Shown in pieces: positions 26,545-38,568 of a stretch of 64,000 nt of DNA. The notes below the pieces were generated by a model that was not told where the DNA came from, did not search any database, and saw nothing but the letters and a program-made list of their open reading frames with translations. How positions within the stretch are numbered: position 1 is the stretch's first letter; each line of letters begins with the position of its first letter. The position numbers and the translations under genes were made by a program. The DNA is from Octopus sinensis (Eukaryota): the NCBI RefSeq assembly GCF_006345805.1, contig NC_043018.1, positions 3,844,001 through 3,908,000 on the forward strand, given 5' to 3'.

Positions 26545-26870
26545 CCCCCCTCTTAATAGTGGATGTTGTTTGAGAACAGACTATACTGCGGTAGATACCA
26601 TGAGAGAAGCTCTCTTATTGGCTTTTTGGTGAAAAATGCTTTCTTGTTTATATCGCTAGCGGGGAGATAACCCCTGCCTGAAGGTTGAAATCACGTGATC
26701 CCTGGTGGCACATGAGGATGGCGGGGGTTTATCTCCCCGCTAGCGATATAAACAAAAGTACATTTTGCTCCAAAAGCCTATATGAGAGTTCCTCTCGTGA
26801 TAATTATCGCAGTATAGTAACGTTCCAACAGAACATCCACGCTTAAGTGGGGGGGGGGATAAATATTACG
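26545..26870. mobile_element. Fold-back MITE-like element (related partial copy at 27410-27695)
   Basis: Imperfect long arms, with a perfect inner match tttatatcgctagcggggagataa / ttatctccccgctagcgatataaa. Confidence 0.55.
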
Positions 26871-26979
26871 TCTCGGTGTTAATACTGCCTCTGTTTCTAA
26901 TATATATATGTTTTTAACCAGCTCACAGGCTAATCGCGACACCAGCACCTGTTGTGGTACTGTTTTTCTATATACCTAT

Positions 26980-27401
26980 TTTTTTTTTACTACCCACAAG
27001 GGGCTAAACACAGAGGGGACAAACAAGGACAGACAAACGGATTAAGTCGATTATATCGACCCCTGTGCATAACTGGTACTTATTTAATCGACCCCGAAAG
27101 GATGAAAGGCAAAGTCGACCTCGGCGGAATTTGAACTCAGAACGCAGCGGCAGGCGAAATACCTATTTCTATTTCTTTACTACCCACAAGGGGCTAAACA
27201 TAGAAGGGACAAACAAGGACAGACAAACGGATTAAGTCGATTATATCGACCCCTGTGCATAACTGGTACTTATTTAATCGACCCCGAAAGAATGAAAGGC
27301 AAAGTCGACCTCGGCGGAATTTGAACTCAGAACGCAGCGGCAGGCGAAATACCGCTAAGCATTTCGCCCGGCGTGCTAACGTTTCTGCCAGCTCGCCGCC
27401 T
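26980..27401 (-). mobile_element. SINE family A multimer
   Basis: Two near-identical tandem body units plus a head. Confidence 0.75.
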
Positions 27402-28482
27402 TATATCTGTTTTTCTATATATCGCTGGCAGGGAGATGAGTCGCTGCTTTCTATAGCAGTTGAGTGTCCATTACTGATAAGACCAAGGAAGGTCGAAATC
27501 ACGTGATCTGGTGGTCTCGGGGCTGGAGATGCCGAGGACTTATCTCCCTTGCTAGCGACATAAACGAGAATGCACTTTGCATCAAAAGCCAATATGGTAG
27601 TTTCTCGTGGTAACTACCGAAGTATAATTTGTTCTAAAAGAACTTCCACGTGTAAGTGAGGATAATTACTACCCCTCGATGTTAATACTGTCGCTAATAT
27701 ATATATATATATCTGTCAAGTGTCCTTGTTTGGGGTCAAATAGCAAAGGGTCTTGTGGCTAAGACATTCTCGACGAGGTGCAAAGAACAGGTTCTTAGTC
27801 ACGTGTCACCAAAGGCTCGCCGGTATGTGGACGTGTCCTTGTGTCACGTAACGCGCTTTAGCATTAATTAAAAAGGGACTGTAATTCAAGGGTTAACAAG
27901 GAGGGCAGGATACGGGCAGAGTAAACTGTTAATAAACGAGCAGAAGGCAACGGGACACACCAGTGCGGAAGCTTTTCAAAGAAAAATTACGAGTCTTCAG
28001 GGGCTTGGCTATGAAGGTCTGTGAGTGTAGTGGGTAGGAGGTAAGTAGGAAGGGAGGAAGTGACAAAGCGAGGGAGAAAGTGACCAAAGGAGGGAGGGAA
28101 GAAGGATGGAAGGAGTGACCGAATGAAGTGGGGAAGGGAGGGTTGACAGAGGGAGAGAAGGAGGAAGTGATCGAAAGGGGAAGGACGGGGTGACCGGGAT
28201 AGGGAAGGAGGAAAAGGGGAGTGTCAAAATATTTCCCAAGGGAGTGACCAAAAGAGTGACCTTTAGAGGGAGGGAATGTTGAAATATTTATCGTAAGGAA
28301 CATTAAAAATTGTAATTAAGGAGTTGGAATGAGTAAAAACAAAAACAAAAAAAAACCTTAGGGTCAAAATTCTACAGGTCACATACCAATGCAATTGGGT
28401 GTTACAAAAATAACGGAGTGAATTGAATAGCTTTGATTAACTAAGCCTGGTTATCGCCCTGGACGGTTAACAGAGGAAGCAG

Positions 28483-28715
28483 ATTTCGTGTGTGGCAGAT
28501 GTATAGGTCGAATAAACACAAGAAATGTACAGAAAATGGCAGTGGCCGGGTGGGGATACTTAGAAGTAGTTGATAGCTTCTGTTACCTGGGTGACCAGAT
28601 CAGCAGTGGAGGTGGATGTTCTGAGAGCATAGCTGCAAGAACAAGAAGAAGCTGGGCAAAGTTCAGAGATCTTCTAGCTTTGTTGGCAACCAAGGGCCTC
28701 TCCCACCAAAGCGAA
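28483..28715 (+). mobile_element. RTE-type LINE fragment
   Basis: ORF 'YLEVVDSFCYLGDQISSGGGCSESIAARTRRSWAKFRDLLALLATKGLS'. Confidence 0.8.
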
Positions 28716-29598
28716 AAGTAAAGGTAAAAAAGGCAAAGTTATCTACTTCAGTCATGCCGACTCATGAGGACCAATTTCCCGGTTTCCATAGCGAGTATAT
28801 TCCCCCACCTGGATGGGACGCTGGTCCTTCGCATGGTTGCTCATTATTGCCAGCTGAGTGCACTGGAACAAGGGGTTATGATGTGCTTTGCTCAAGTACA
28901 CAATGCATCACCCGGTCCCGGAGTCGAAACCACAATCTTACGATTGTGAGTTCAGCACCCTAACCACTACGCCACGATACTTTCTAGGGGTAAGCAAATA
29001 GAAATAACAATTGCTACCCAAGGATCGAAATTGTTTTATATAGTGTAATATATTCTATTCTACTCTAGGCACAAGGCCCGAAATTTTGGAAGGAGGAGGT
29101 TAGTAGTCAATTAGATCGAGCCAGTACGCAACTGGTACTTAATTTATCGATCCCGAAAGGATAAACGACAAAGTTGATCTCGGCGGAATTTGAACTCAGA
29201 ACATAAAGACAGACGAAATACTGCTAAGCATTTTGCCCGGTGTGCTAACGATTCTGCCAGCTCACCATGACAGGTATATTCCCCCACCTGGATGGGATGC
29301 CGGTCCTTCGCATGGTTGCTCATTGTTGCCAGCTGAGTGCGCTGGAACAAGGGGAAATGATGCGTTTTGCCCCAAGAACACAATGCGTCGTCCGGTCCCG
29401 GAGACGAAACCACAATCTTACGCACATGAGTCCAATGCCCTAACCACTACGCCACGATACTTTCCAGGGGTAAGCAAATAGGAAATAACAGTTGCTACCC
29501 TAGGACCAAAATCGTGTTACACAATGTGATATATCGATCTTTCTGTCTGTTCAACATTTTATTCCTTATTTCTCTCTTTCCAGGTTCGACCCTCGAGA

Positions 29599-29701
29599 AT
29601 GTCTCCAAAGGCAATAGCGCTGTGTATTGGTGCAGTGATGGCGGTGGCCATAATCGCAACACTTTTGGCCACTTCCATGAAGAAATTGCAGACATATGAA
29701 G
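29599..29701 (+). CDS. SPFH/Band-7 domain membrane protein, coding exon 1 (N-terminal hydrophobic signal-anchor MSPKAIALCIGAVMAVAIIATLLATSMKKLQTYE)
   Basis: Polypyrimidine acceptor tctctctttccag ends at 29583, ATG at 29599, donor G|gtaatt after 29701 (phase 1, matches the next exon). The hydrophobic stretch followed by KK is typical of SPFH N-termini. Confidence 0.85.
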
Positions 29702-29843
29702 GTAATTCAGAGCACATTTGTAATTATGGGCGCGGCTGGGTGGTAAGAAGTATGTTTCTCAACCACACGGTTCTGGGTTCCGTTCCGCTGCCTGACACCT
29801 TGGACAAGGGCCTTCTACGATAGCTCCATGTGTGTGTGTGTGT

Positions 29844-29882
<39 letters not shown>

Positions 29883-30575
29883 GTGTGTTTGTGTGCATGT
29901 GTTTGTCTGTCTGTCTGTAGTTGTGTGTGTGTATGTGTGTCTTTGTATTTGTCCCTTACCACCACTTGAAAACCGGTGTTGGTGTGTTTAAATCCCCGTA
30001 ACCTAGCGGTTCAGCAAAAGAAGCTGATAGAATAAGTACCAGGCTTAGAAAGGACAATAAGTACCGGGGTTGATTCATTCGACTGAAATACCCCAAGGCG
30101 GTGCCCCAGCATGGCCGCAGTCTAATGATTGAAACAAGTAAAAAATAAAATGGGAAAGATGAAAGATATCGTCATTAGCTACAGGAATCCAACTGCCCAA
30201 CTGTTTCTGACACTAAGAGTAATAAGGGAGTGTCTGTAAAACTATGCAGAACAAATATCACAAAGGACTTCGTTTACAAAGCATGGGTTTTTCTTTTTCT
30301 CACTAATATACAATGATCTCCCCTTCTCTCTCTCTCAGATACACACACACATGCACTCATACACACACGTAGGCACTCACATGCATGTATACACACCCTT
30401 ACACACATGTATACAAGAGCTTCCTCACAGTTTTCGTCTACCAAATCCTCTCATTGGCTTTGGTCAGACTGAGGCTATAGTAAAAGACATTTGTGCCCAA
30501 GGTGCCATGCTGTGGGACTGAACCAAAAACCATGTCGCTTGGAAGCAAACTTCTTACCAAACAGTTATGCCTGCA

Positions 30576-31805
30576 TCTATATATACTTTATATATATATA
30601 TAAAACTGAGAATGTGTGTCTGTCTGTTTCCCTAAAACTTGAGAACTACACAACCAATTTCATTCAAATTTTGCACATGCCTTACTTAGGGTCCGGGGAG
30701 TGTCATCGGCAAACAAAATTTTGAACTTTTTGCCTAGGGCAAGCCCATAACAATATCATATCTTCTCCACTACAATTCCCTAAAACTTGAGAACTACTCA
30801 ACCAATTCCATTCAAATTTTACACATGCCTTACTTAGGGTCCATGTAGTTTCATGGGCAAACAAAAATGTTCAACTTCTTGCCTAGAGCGAGCCCATAGC
30901 AATATCATATCTTCTTCACTATTTCAGTATTACGTGTTAAAAGTGAAACAAAGTATTTATCTATTTTATGTCAGATGCTTTCACTTTAACAATAAGAATA
31001 ATAATAACAATTGAATTATATGTAGTAAGTAATAATTAAAATCAAACTAAAGTATAATATAATTGTAACAAAACAAAAGTAAAAATAGCAATTGGTATAA
31101 AATTGCATCAATGATTTGAACTTGAATAAGTGGTTTCACATGAATGGGAATAAATTAAAAATAAAATTAGCGTGCAGAAATGGAATAGTCCACATTGATA
31201 ATAAAAAATTAAATTAAAGAAAAGACTATTGTCTATAAAGTATACAATGTAGAGAAAAAAGATTTGAACACATGGAGGAAAGCACCTTCAAAAAGTGTCT
31301 TGGTGCCACTATGAAAGGTATCTAATCAGAGGCGGTAAATTCGCCACAATAGAAGCAAGGTTCGAGTCAACGGAGCATGCAAGGGAGTACTCGACTCGAA
31401 CTTGCAAAGTGGAAATATTTTATTTTTACCTTTATATCTGGGACGTAGGACGTCCCGGAAAAAAATTTTAAATGTCCCCCCACCCCCGAAGTAGAGGTAG
31501 GCTGGATTGTAGCCACACTTCTATACAAAAGGGAGGACAAGATACAATTGATCAAAATTACAAGAGACGGGCTAACAATTCCAGTCTGTTATATATTTTG
31601 AGTATTGTTATCACTAGCAATATCAAGATATAACTTTGTATTTTGTATTTTATGTGTAGATGTATATATATATAGATGTACATGTAATATGTACACATAT
31701 ATATAAACATATATACATGTATATATAAACATATATACATGTAATATATAAACATATATACATGCACTAGCACTATGACCCGGCAACGGCGGGTCATAAT
31801 GCTAG
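30576..31805 (+). mobile_element. Non-autonomous Helitron with an internal ~145-bp tandem duplication
   Basis: 5' a|TCTATATATA; 3' hairpin gacccggcaacggcgggtc plus CTAG|t. Segments 30627-30775 and 30776-30920 are duplicates. Confidence 0.65.
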
Positions 31806-32372
31806 TATATATACATATAGTTGGAATTTACAAAAAAAGCAAAACAAAAGACAAAGACAAGAAAGTCTTTTAGGTTTCGAGCCTATGCTCTTCAACAGAA
31901 AGGAACACGAGGAAATAAGCAAAGAGAAAAAAAAAGCAGTTTAGTGTCTAGCGATCAATCATGGCGAATACTGGACAGAGGGGTTGCACCGGAGAGCTAG
32001 GAGGAAGGGACGATAAAAAAGTAGTGGTGATCTCAAAATGAAGGTGCGCGTGCATATGTGTGTGAGAGCATGTATGTGCATGTGAATAAGGGCTAGTGTA
32101 TATATATATACACGCACGCGCGCACACACACACACACATATATACATAACAGAAGCACAAATAAAGGTTACAAACCTCATTAAGGGATAGTAAAATCCTA
32201 TGAAAGTACTGGTTCATTACCTATAAAAAGAATGTTGAACAGTATATGTAATACTCAACTGCTACTAGGTAACTATTTAAACCGTGGTTTATATATATTC
32301 GTATATTATTAATAAGATGAGAAAATTGAGAGGTAATTAATAAATTATCTATTAATTAAAGAATTGACAAAC

Positions 32373-32459
32373 ATCCCTTACAGCTGTTTCAATTCCAGAC
32401 CTTCAGACAATTAATTAAATTAAAAATTATTTGAAGGTCAAATCTCTTCAGAGGTAGAT
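32373..32459 (-). ncRNA. Type-I hammerhead ribozyme with palindromic stem III
   Basis: AUC(ua)CCU CUGAAGA GAUU..GACCUUCA....UGAAGGUC..AAUU GAA ACAGCUGU A^ AGGGAU. Confidence 0.7.
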
Positions 32460-32606
32460 AAAGATATACAAAACAGGTGTTCAATTTCCCCATGTTGAGT
32501 TAATGGTTTGCAGCCATTCACTCATCTTTCTTGCATTTAAAAAAGGAGATGTGGAACACGAGTTGTGATATATAAAAAAAGGAAATGAAGAAAATGCTAA
32601 CAAAAT

Positions 32607-32704
32607 AATTTAAGTAAGGGAGAGTGTATTTAATTAGGTGAAAGTTCTTTTTACCGGTAAAAAGAACTTTCACCTAATTAAATACACTCTCCCTTACTTA
32701 AATT
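32607..32704. repeat. Perfect 98-bp spacerless palindrome
   Basis: Centred on acc|ggt at 32655/32656. Confidence 0.95.
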
Positions 32705-33290
32705 TTTCTCTCAAGATGCTTACACCCTGGTGAACATACACACTGACATTGCACGTGCAGCGAAGCATACTGGCTTCATCTCTTTCAAGCCTATACATGT
32801 TCCTGGCTGTCACAGCCCATGTTTCATTGCCATGTAGCACAGCTGTTCACACACAGGCACCATACAATCTGGCTTTCACCTTGAGAGAAAGATGCCCTTT
32901 GTTGCCAGCAGAGGTAGGAGCTCTCTGAACTTTGCCCAGCCTAATCTTATTCTCACACCTATGCTCTCAGAGCATCCACCTCCACTACTAACTTGGTCAC
33001 CTAGGTAACGGAAGCTATCCACTACCTCTAGCTGGCCCCACTTTCTAGTTGACGAAGTCTATTTTCTTCACATCTCCAGCATTTATTGTACCTGTGCTTG
33101 TTTCCACAACAAAAGCTAGTTTCCGTTAACCTTCCTTTGATATTGCAGGCCCTTTTGTGTGTCCAAATCTTACACTGGGTACATCTTATGGAGTTTCTAC
33201 CGACGCCTTTTCTACAGATCGAACTGGGTCATTTACCTGAAGGGATTTGTGATTTGTCTGCCTTCCTACTTACTAAGACTTTGGTCTTAC
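32705..33290 (-). mobile_element. RTE-type LINE fragment (RT C-terminal region)
   Basis: Homologous to 35560-35935 and 49480-49960 (C-x2-C...H...C knuckle, 'LEVVDSFRYLGD'). Confidence 0.8.
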
Positions 33291-33321
33291 AATTGTAATT
33301 ATATATCTTTTTCTTGTCTAG

Positions 33322-33458
33322 TTGGTCTCATCTACAACAAAATTACCAAAAGACTCCAAGACAATCCAAAGTTTGAAGGTCTTCATCTTGGACCTCCTGG
33401 TTTCACTTTTATCATATTCCCTAACGTTTACCAAACCAAAGCCTTCAATGGCATCATG
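33322..33458 (+). CDS. SPFH protein exon 2 ((V)GLIYNKITKRLQDNPKFEGLHLGPPGFTFIIFPNVYQTKAFNGIM)
   Basis: Acceptor ttttcttgtctag, donor ATG|gtaagt; 137 nt, phase 1 to 0. EGLHLGPPG resembles the SPFH 'EGLHF..P' motif. Confidence 0.88.
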
Positions 33459-33793
33459 GTAAGTTCCTTATTTTATTTCTACATAGAAACACTACCCACT
33501 CTCTCTCTCTCTCTCCATCTTTCCCTCTTGCTCTCCTTCTCACTCATTCCCTCTCTCTCTTCTTACTCCCATTCTTTCATTCTCGTTCTCTCTCTCTCTT
33601 CTCTCTCTCTCTCTCTCTCCATCTTTCCTTCTCGCTCTCCTTCTCACTCATTCCCTCTCTCTCTTCTTACTCCCATTCTTTCATTCTCGTTCTCTCTCTC
33701 TCTCCTCTCTCTCTCTCCTCTCTCTCTCTCTCTTCTTACTCCATTCTTTCATTCTCGCTCTCTCTCTCTCTCTTCTTACTCCCATTCTTTCAT

Positions 33794-33837
<44 letters not shown>

Positions 33838-34145
33838 ACACACACACACACACACACACATGCACAAATGTGTGTATGTGTGTCTCCTTGCCATCACATC
33901 ATGTTATAGTCGTAAATGAGCGCCACTGTTATAAAAGCAGTGTCATTCATTTTCAATATTCTAGAAAAACATGACTGGCCATGGGAACATATTACCATGC
34001 TCGGAAACAGGTTATCATTGGATCGTTGGTGACAGAAAGATCATCTGTCCATAATAATCTACCTCAATAAATTCTGCCCAACCCATGGATGCATGGGAAA
34101 ATAGACATTACAACAATGTTATACATGTATACATGTATATATATA

Positions 34146-34680
34146 TCATCATCATCATCATCATCATCGTTTAACTCCGCTTTCCATGCTAGCATGGGTT
34201 GGACGGTTCAACTGGGGTCTGGCAAGCCCGAAGGCTGCACCAGGCCAGTCAGATCTGGCAGTGTTTCTACAGCTGGATGCCCTTCCTAACGCCAACCACT
34301 CCGAGAGTGTAGTGGGTGATTTTATGTGCCACCGACACAGGTGCCAGACGAGGCTGGCAGACGGCCACGCTCGGATGGTGTTTTTTATGTGCCACCGACA
34401 CAGGTGCCAGACGAGGCTGGCTGACGGCCACGCTCGGATGGTGTTTTCTTATGTGCCACCGACACAGGTGCCAGACGGGGCTGGCGGACGGCCACGCTCG
34501 GATGGTGTTTGTTATGTGCCCTCAACACGGAGGCCAGTCGTTGCGGTACTGGCTACGATCACGTTCGGATGGTTTTCTTATGTGCCACCGGCACTGGTAC
34601 CACAAGGATACAAATTCCATTGATGTTCATCTATTTTGATTTGGTTCGATTTGATTTGATTTGATTTGATTCGATTCTCA
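34146..34680 (-). mobile_element. RTE 3' end with ~4.5 tandem 63-bp units
   Basis: (CAT)n tail followed by cgtttaactccgctttccatgctagcatggg; atgtgccacc recurs at 34324, 34387, 34451, 34514 and 34580. Confidence 0.75.
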
Positions 34681-34776
34681 TATATATATATATATGTATA
34701 TGAAAGAAAAAGATGGTTTGTTTTTAAATAGTAGGAGTGTTGCTATGCACATACACACATATATCCTTACATATAA

Positions 34777-34816
<40 letters not shown>

Positions 34817-34817
34817 T

Positions 34818-35935
34818 TCATCATCATCGTTTTCCCTGCTAGCATGGGTTGGATGGTTCGACCGGGGTCTGGGAAGCCAGGAGGCTGCACCGGGCTCCAG
34901 TCTGATCTGGCAGTGTTTCTACAGCTGGATGCCCTTCCTAATGCCAACCACTCTGTGAGTGTAGTGGGTGCTTTTTACATGCCACTGGCATGGGGGCCAA
35001 TCAAGGCAGCACTGGCATTGGCCACGTCCGGATGGTGCTTTTTACGTGCCACCGGCAAAGGCGTCACAACTACAATTTCCATTTGATGTTTATTTTGATG
35101 TTGATGTACTTGACTCAATAGGTCTCCTCAAGCACAGCAGGTTGCCTTATGATCCAAGGTAAGCACAGCAGGCCATCCTGCAATCCAAGGCACTTTAGAT
35201 GGGCTGGGGCTTCTATGTGAAGCTGGTGCAGGAAACAGCCATGAACTCACGTTATTTGTTGGGTCTTCACAGTCACAGCATATCTCCAGAGGTCTCGGTC
35301 TTTCGTCATTGCCTCTGTGTGACCCAACATTCAAAGGTCATGCTTGACCACCTCATCCCATGTCTTCCTGGGTCTACTTCTATCCTGGATTCCTTCAACT
35401 GTTTGGGAGTGGCACTTCTTCACACATCTCTCCTCATCCATCCATAATACATGACCATACCAGCGCAGACGTCTTTCTTGCACACCACATCCAATGCTTC
35501 TTATGTCCAGCATTTCTCTCAGGGTGCTTACACTCTGTTGTGGGTGCACACTGACATTACACATCCAGCAGATCATGCTAATTCATTTCTTTCAAGCCTA
35601 CACATGTACTCTGCAGTCACAGCCCATGTTTCACTGCTGTGAAGCATGGCAGTTCGCACACATGCATCAGACACTCTACCTTTCACTCTGAGCGAGAGAC
35701 CCTTTGATACCTGTAGGGGTAGAAGCTTTCTAAACTTTGCCCATGTTATTCTTATTCTAGTGGTAACACTCTCTGAGCATCCACCCCACTACTAACGTGG
35801 TCACCTAGGTAGCAGAAACTATCAACTATTTCTAGTTTCTCCCCCAGGAGTGTGATGGAATCTGTTTTCTGAGTATCAATGGTGTCTATTGCACCTGTGC
35901 ATCTGCCACACACAAAAGCTATCTTCTTGATTAAT
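34818..35935 (-). mobile_element. RTE-type LINE 3' fragment
   Basis: 'LEIVDSFCYLGD', 'RRLRWYGHVLWMDEERCVKKC...RPRKTWDEVVKHDL', then the same 3' UTR and (GAT)n tail. Confidence 0.85.
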
Positions 35936-36139
35936 TTTGTATATATATATATGGAGGAACCTATTGTGTGTGTATATTTTCATAAACATTCATACATACA
36001 TATACTGTGTGTTCTTGAGAAAATGAAAAAATAAAATATAAAAATAAAGAAAATATTGTGTCCATTTTTTTTTTACTTGGCACTCCCTTGGGTATGTGTG
36101 TGTGTGTGCATGTGTGTATTCTTTTATAAACATATATTC

Positions 36140-36690
36140 TTATACATATGTGTATGTATGTATGTATGTAGTATGTATGTGTGTGTGTGTGTATGTAGTA
36201 TGTATGTATGTATGTGTGTGTATGTATGTGTGTATGTATGTGTCTGTGTATGTATGTGTCTGTGTATGTATGTATGTATGTATGTATGTGTGTATGTTGT
36301 ATGTATGTATGTATGTATGTGTGTGTGTGTGTATGTAGTATGTATGTATTATGTGTGTGTGTATGTATGTGTGTATGTATGTGTCTGTGTATGTATGTGT
36401 CTGTGTATGTATGTATGTGTGTATGTTTGTATGTATGTATGTGTGTATGTATGTGTGTGTGTATGTATGTGTGTGTATGTGTGTGTGTATGTGTGTGTAT
36501 GTATGTGTGTATGTATGTGTGTATGTATGTGTGTATGTATGTATGTATGTATGCATGTATGTATGTGTGTATGCATGTATGTATGTATGCGTGTATGTAT
36601 GTATGTATGTATTTATGTATGTATGTATGAATGTGTGTATGTATGTGTGTGTGTATGTATGTGTGTGTGTATGTATGTATGTATGTAACA
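36140..36690. repeat. (TATG/TG)n compound microsatellite directly upstream of exon 3
   Basis: Read directly. Confidence 0.95.
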
Positions 36691-36729
36691 TTGACTGTAT
36701 TTTCTTCCCATCTGTGTCTTTCCCATCAG

Positions 36730-36862
36730 TGTCTCAACCAGAATGGAGTTCGTATCATTTTGGACGTTTCCTGCCAATTCAAAGTCCAGCTTCATTCAAT
36801 GAAGAAAGTCATCAAAGAGTTTAAGGACTTCGACGGATTAAAAAGGGTGCTCCAGTATGCAG
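36730..36862 (+). CDS. SPFH protein exon 3 (CLNQNGVRIILDVSCQFKVQLHSMKKVIKEFKDFDGLKRVLQYA)
   Basis: Acceptor tttcccatcag, donor G|gtaagc; 133 nt, phase 0 to 1. Matches the SPFH 'skDG..i.ldvs.qyr' strand. Confidence 0.88.
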
Positions 36863-37267
36863 GTAAGCAATGTACAAGTAGCAGTAGGAGTGGTGTTTGG
36901 TGGTGGTGGTGGTAGTAGTAGTAGTAGTTTTAGTGGTAATTGTAGTAACCATGGTAGTACTAGTAGTGGTGGCTGTGGTGAAAGTTATTGTGTTGTGGTG
37001 GTGATGGTGGTGGTTGTTTTCGTGGTGTTACTATAGCAATGGTCTAGGTGTTGGTACTGGCAGTGGTGATAGTGTAGCAGCTGTGATGGTGCTGCTTATA
37101 ATTAATTAATTTCTATCATCTAAAACTAAATTGATTGCAATTAAGTTTCCATGTGTTTTAATTACTTAGTTCATCAGTTGACTCCCTTGGAGTGATATTT
37201 GTGTGTGTGCATGTACGTATATATTGTATTGTATATTGTATTACATAAGTATGTATCCTATTATATA

Positions 37268-37299
<32 letters not shown>

Positions 37300-37436
37300 A
37301 AGGTTAGTAGAGTTAGAGGCTGGAATAACCATCCATTTGTGGAGTACTCAGCCACTTGCACGTTAATTTCACAAGCAGGTTGTTCCATTGAATAAATCAA
37401 CTGGTCCCCTTGTCATCATAACTGACAGAGGGCCAG

Positions 37437-37473
<37 letters not shown>

Positions 37474-37523
37474 ATAGGAAAGAACGGAGCTGAACGAAGA
37501 TTTAACAAAATTCCTTTATTTTA

Positions 37524-37605
37524 TTTTTGACATGTTTCGAAGTTTGCAAAGTCCCTAATTCCGAGTGAATAAGGAGTCCATTATGCAGCTTTCTCTTCAG
37601 GAAAA
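37524..37605 (-). ncRNA. Hammerhead motif, left arm of palindrome
   Basis: UUUUc CUGAAGA GAAAG...CUUC GAA ACAUGU C^ AAAAA; C.A mismatch at the first stem-I pair. Confidence 0.6.
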
Positions 37606-37704
37606 TCCAGGAACTTAATTCTCCAACAAAATGCACAACAAGTTTTTCGACGACTGCTCCTCAAAAACTTGTTGTGCATTTTGTTGGAGAATTAAGTTCC
37701 TGGA

Positions 37705-37788
37705 TTTTCCTGAAGAGAAAGCTGCATAATGGACTCCTTATTCACTCGGAATTAGGGACTTTGCAAACTTCGAAACATATGTCAAAAA
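37705..37788 (+). ncRNA. Hammerhead motif, right arm of palindrome (sense to the SPFH pre-mRNA)
   Basis: UUUUc CUGAAGA GAAAG...CUUC GAA ACAUAUGU C^ AAAAA; core at 37710-37716, GUC at 37781-37783. Confidence 0.6.
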
Positions 37789-38519
37789 TAAAATAAAGGA
37801 ATTTTGTTAAATCTTCGTTCAGCTCCGTTCTTTCCTACACTTAATATATAAAACTTCAAATTTCTGCACTAAGGCACGGATTTTATGCCCTATGGTCGTA
37901 ACTTCAACCGTGCTTTTTCTGTTGTGAGTTTGCTACCCAGGTATCGGTTATCTTTCGAATTATCCATAATAAGATAATTCATTTGTCTGCTTATATAATT
38001 ATATATATATATATGAAGTACAATCGTTGCAAGAAATAGCAGCAAGCAAGCTATCAGTGCTATGTAGAACTTCACTGAATGTTTACAGGTAGATATTTGC
38101 GGGCAGTGAATATAGGAAAATTCTGTCTAACCTCTCCGCCTGTAAACATTCAGTGAAACTCTACATAGTGCTGATAGCTTACCAGCTACTATTTCTAGCA
38201 ATGATCGTACTATTTACACATCCATTTTGCATTTTTATTATTCTACCTTTTATGGTGCTTTAGTCACAGTGATATTATTTTTAATAACATTTATATTTCT
38301 TGTGTGTGTGTGTGTGTGTGTGTATTATAGAAATTTTGGAGATGATGTACAGGTATTATACATTAGAAGAGATGAAGTACTCAGAAATCTGGAATCTTTT
38401 ATATTTACAGATATTTATTAGTATGTTACTAATAAATATCTGTAAATATAAAACCATCCAGATTTCTGAATACCTCATTTCTTCTAATGTATAATAACTG
38501 TACATCATCTCCAAACCTT

Positions 38520-38568
<49 letters not shown>

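Larger units (their letters stand above)
37471..37841. repeat. Near-perfect inverted repeat (177/179-bp arms, 15-nt spacer)
   Basis: The arms differ by a 2-nt indel and about one substitution. Confidence 0.95.

Noticed and set aside
33159-33974. 271-aa ORF
   Set aside because: Only 33322-33458 is exonic; the rest is RTE antisense sequence and a (CT)n tract.
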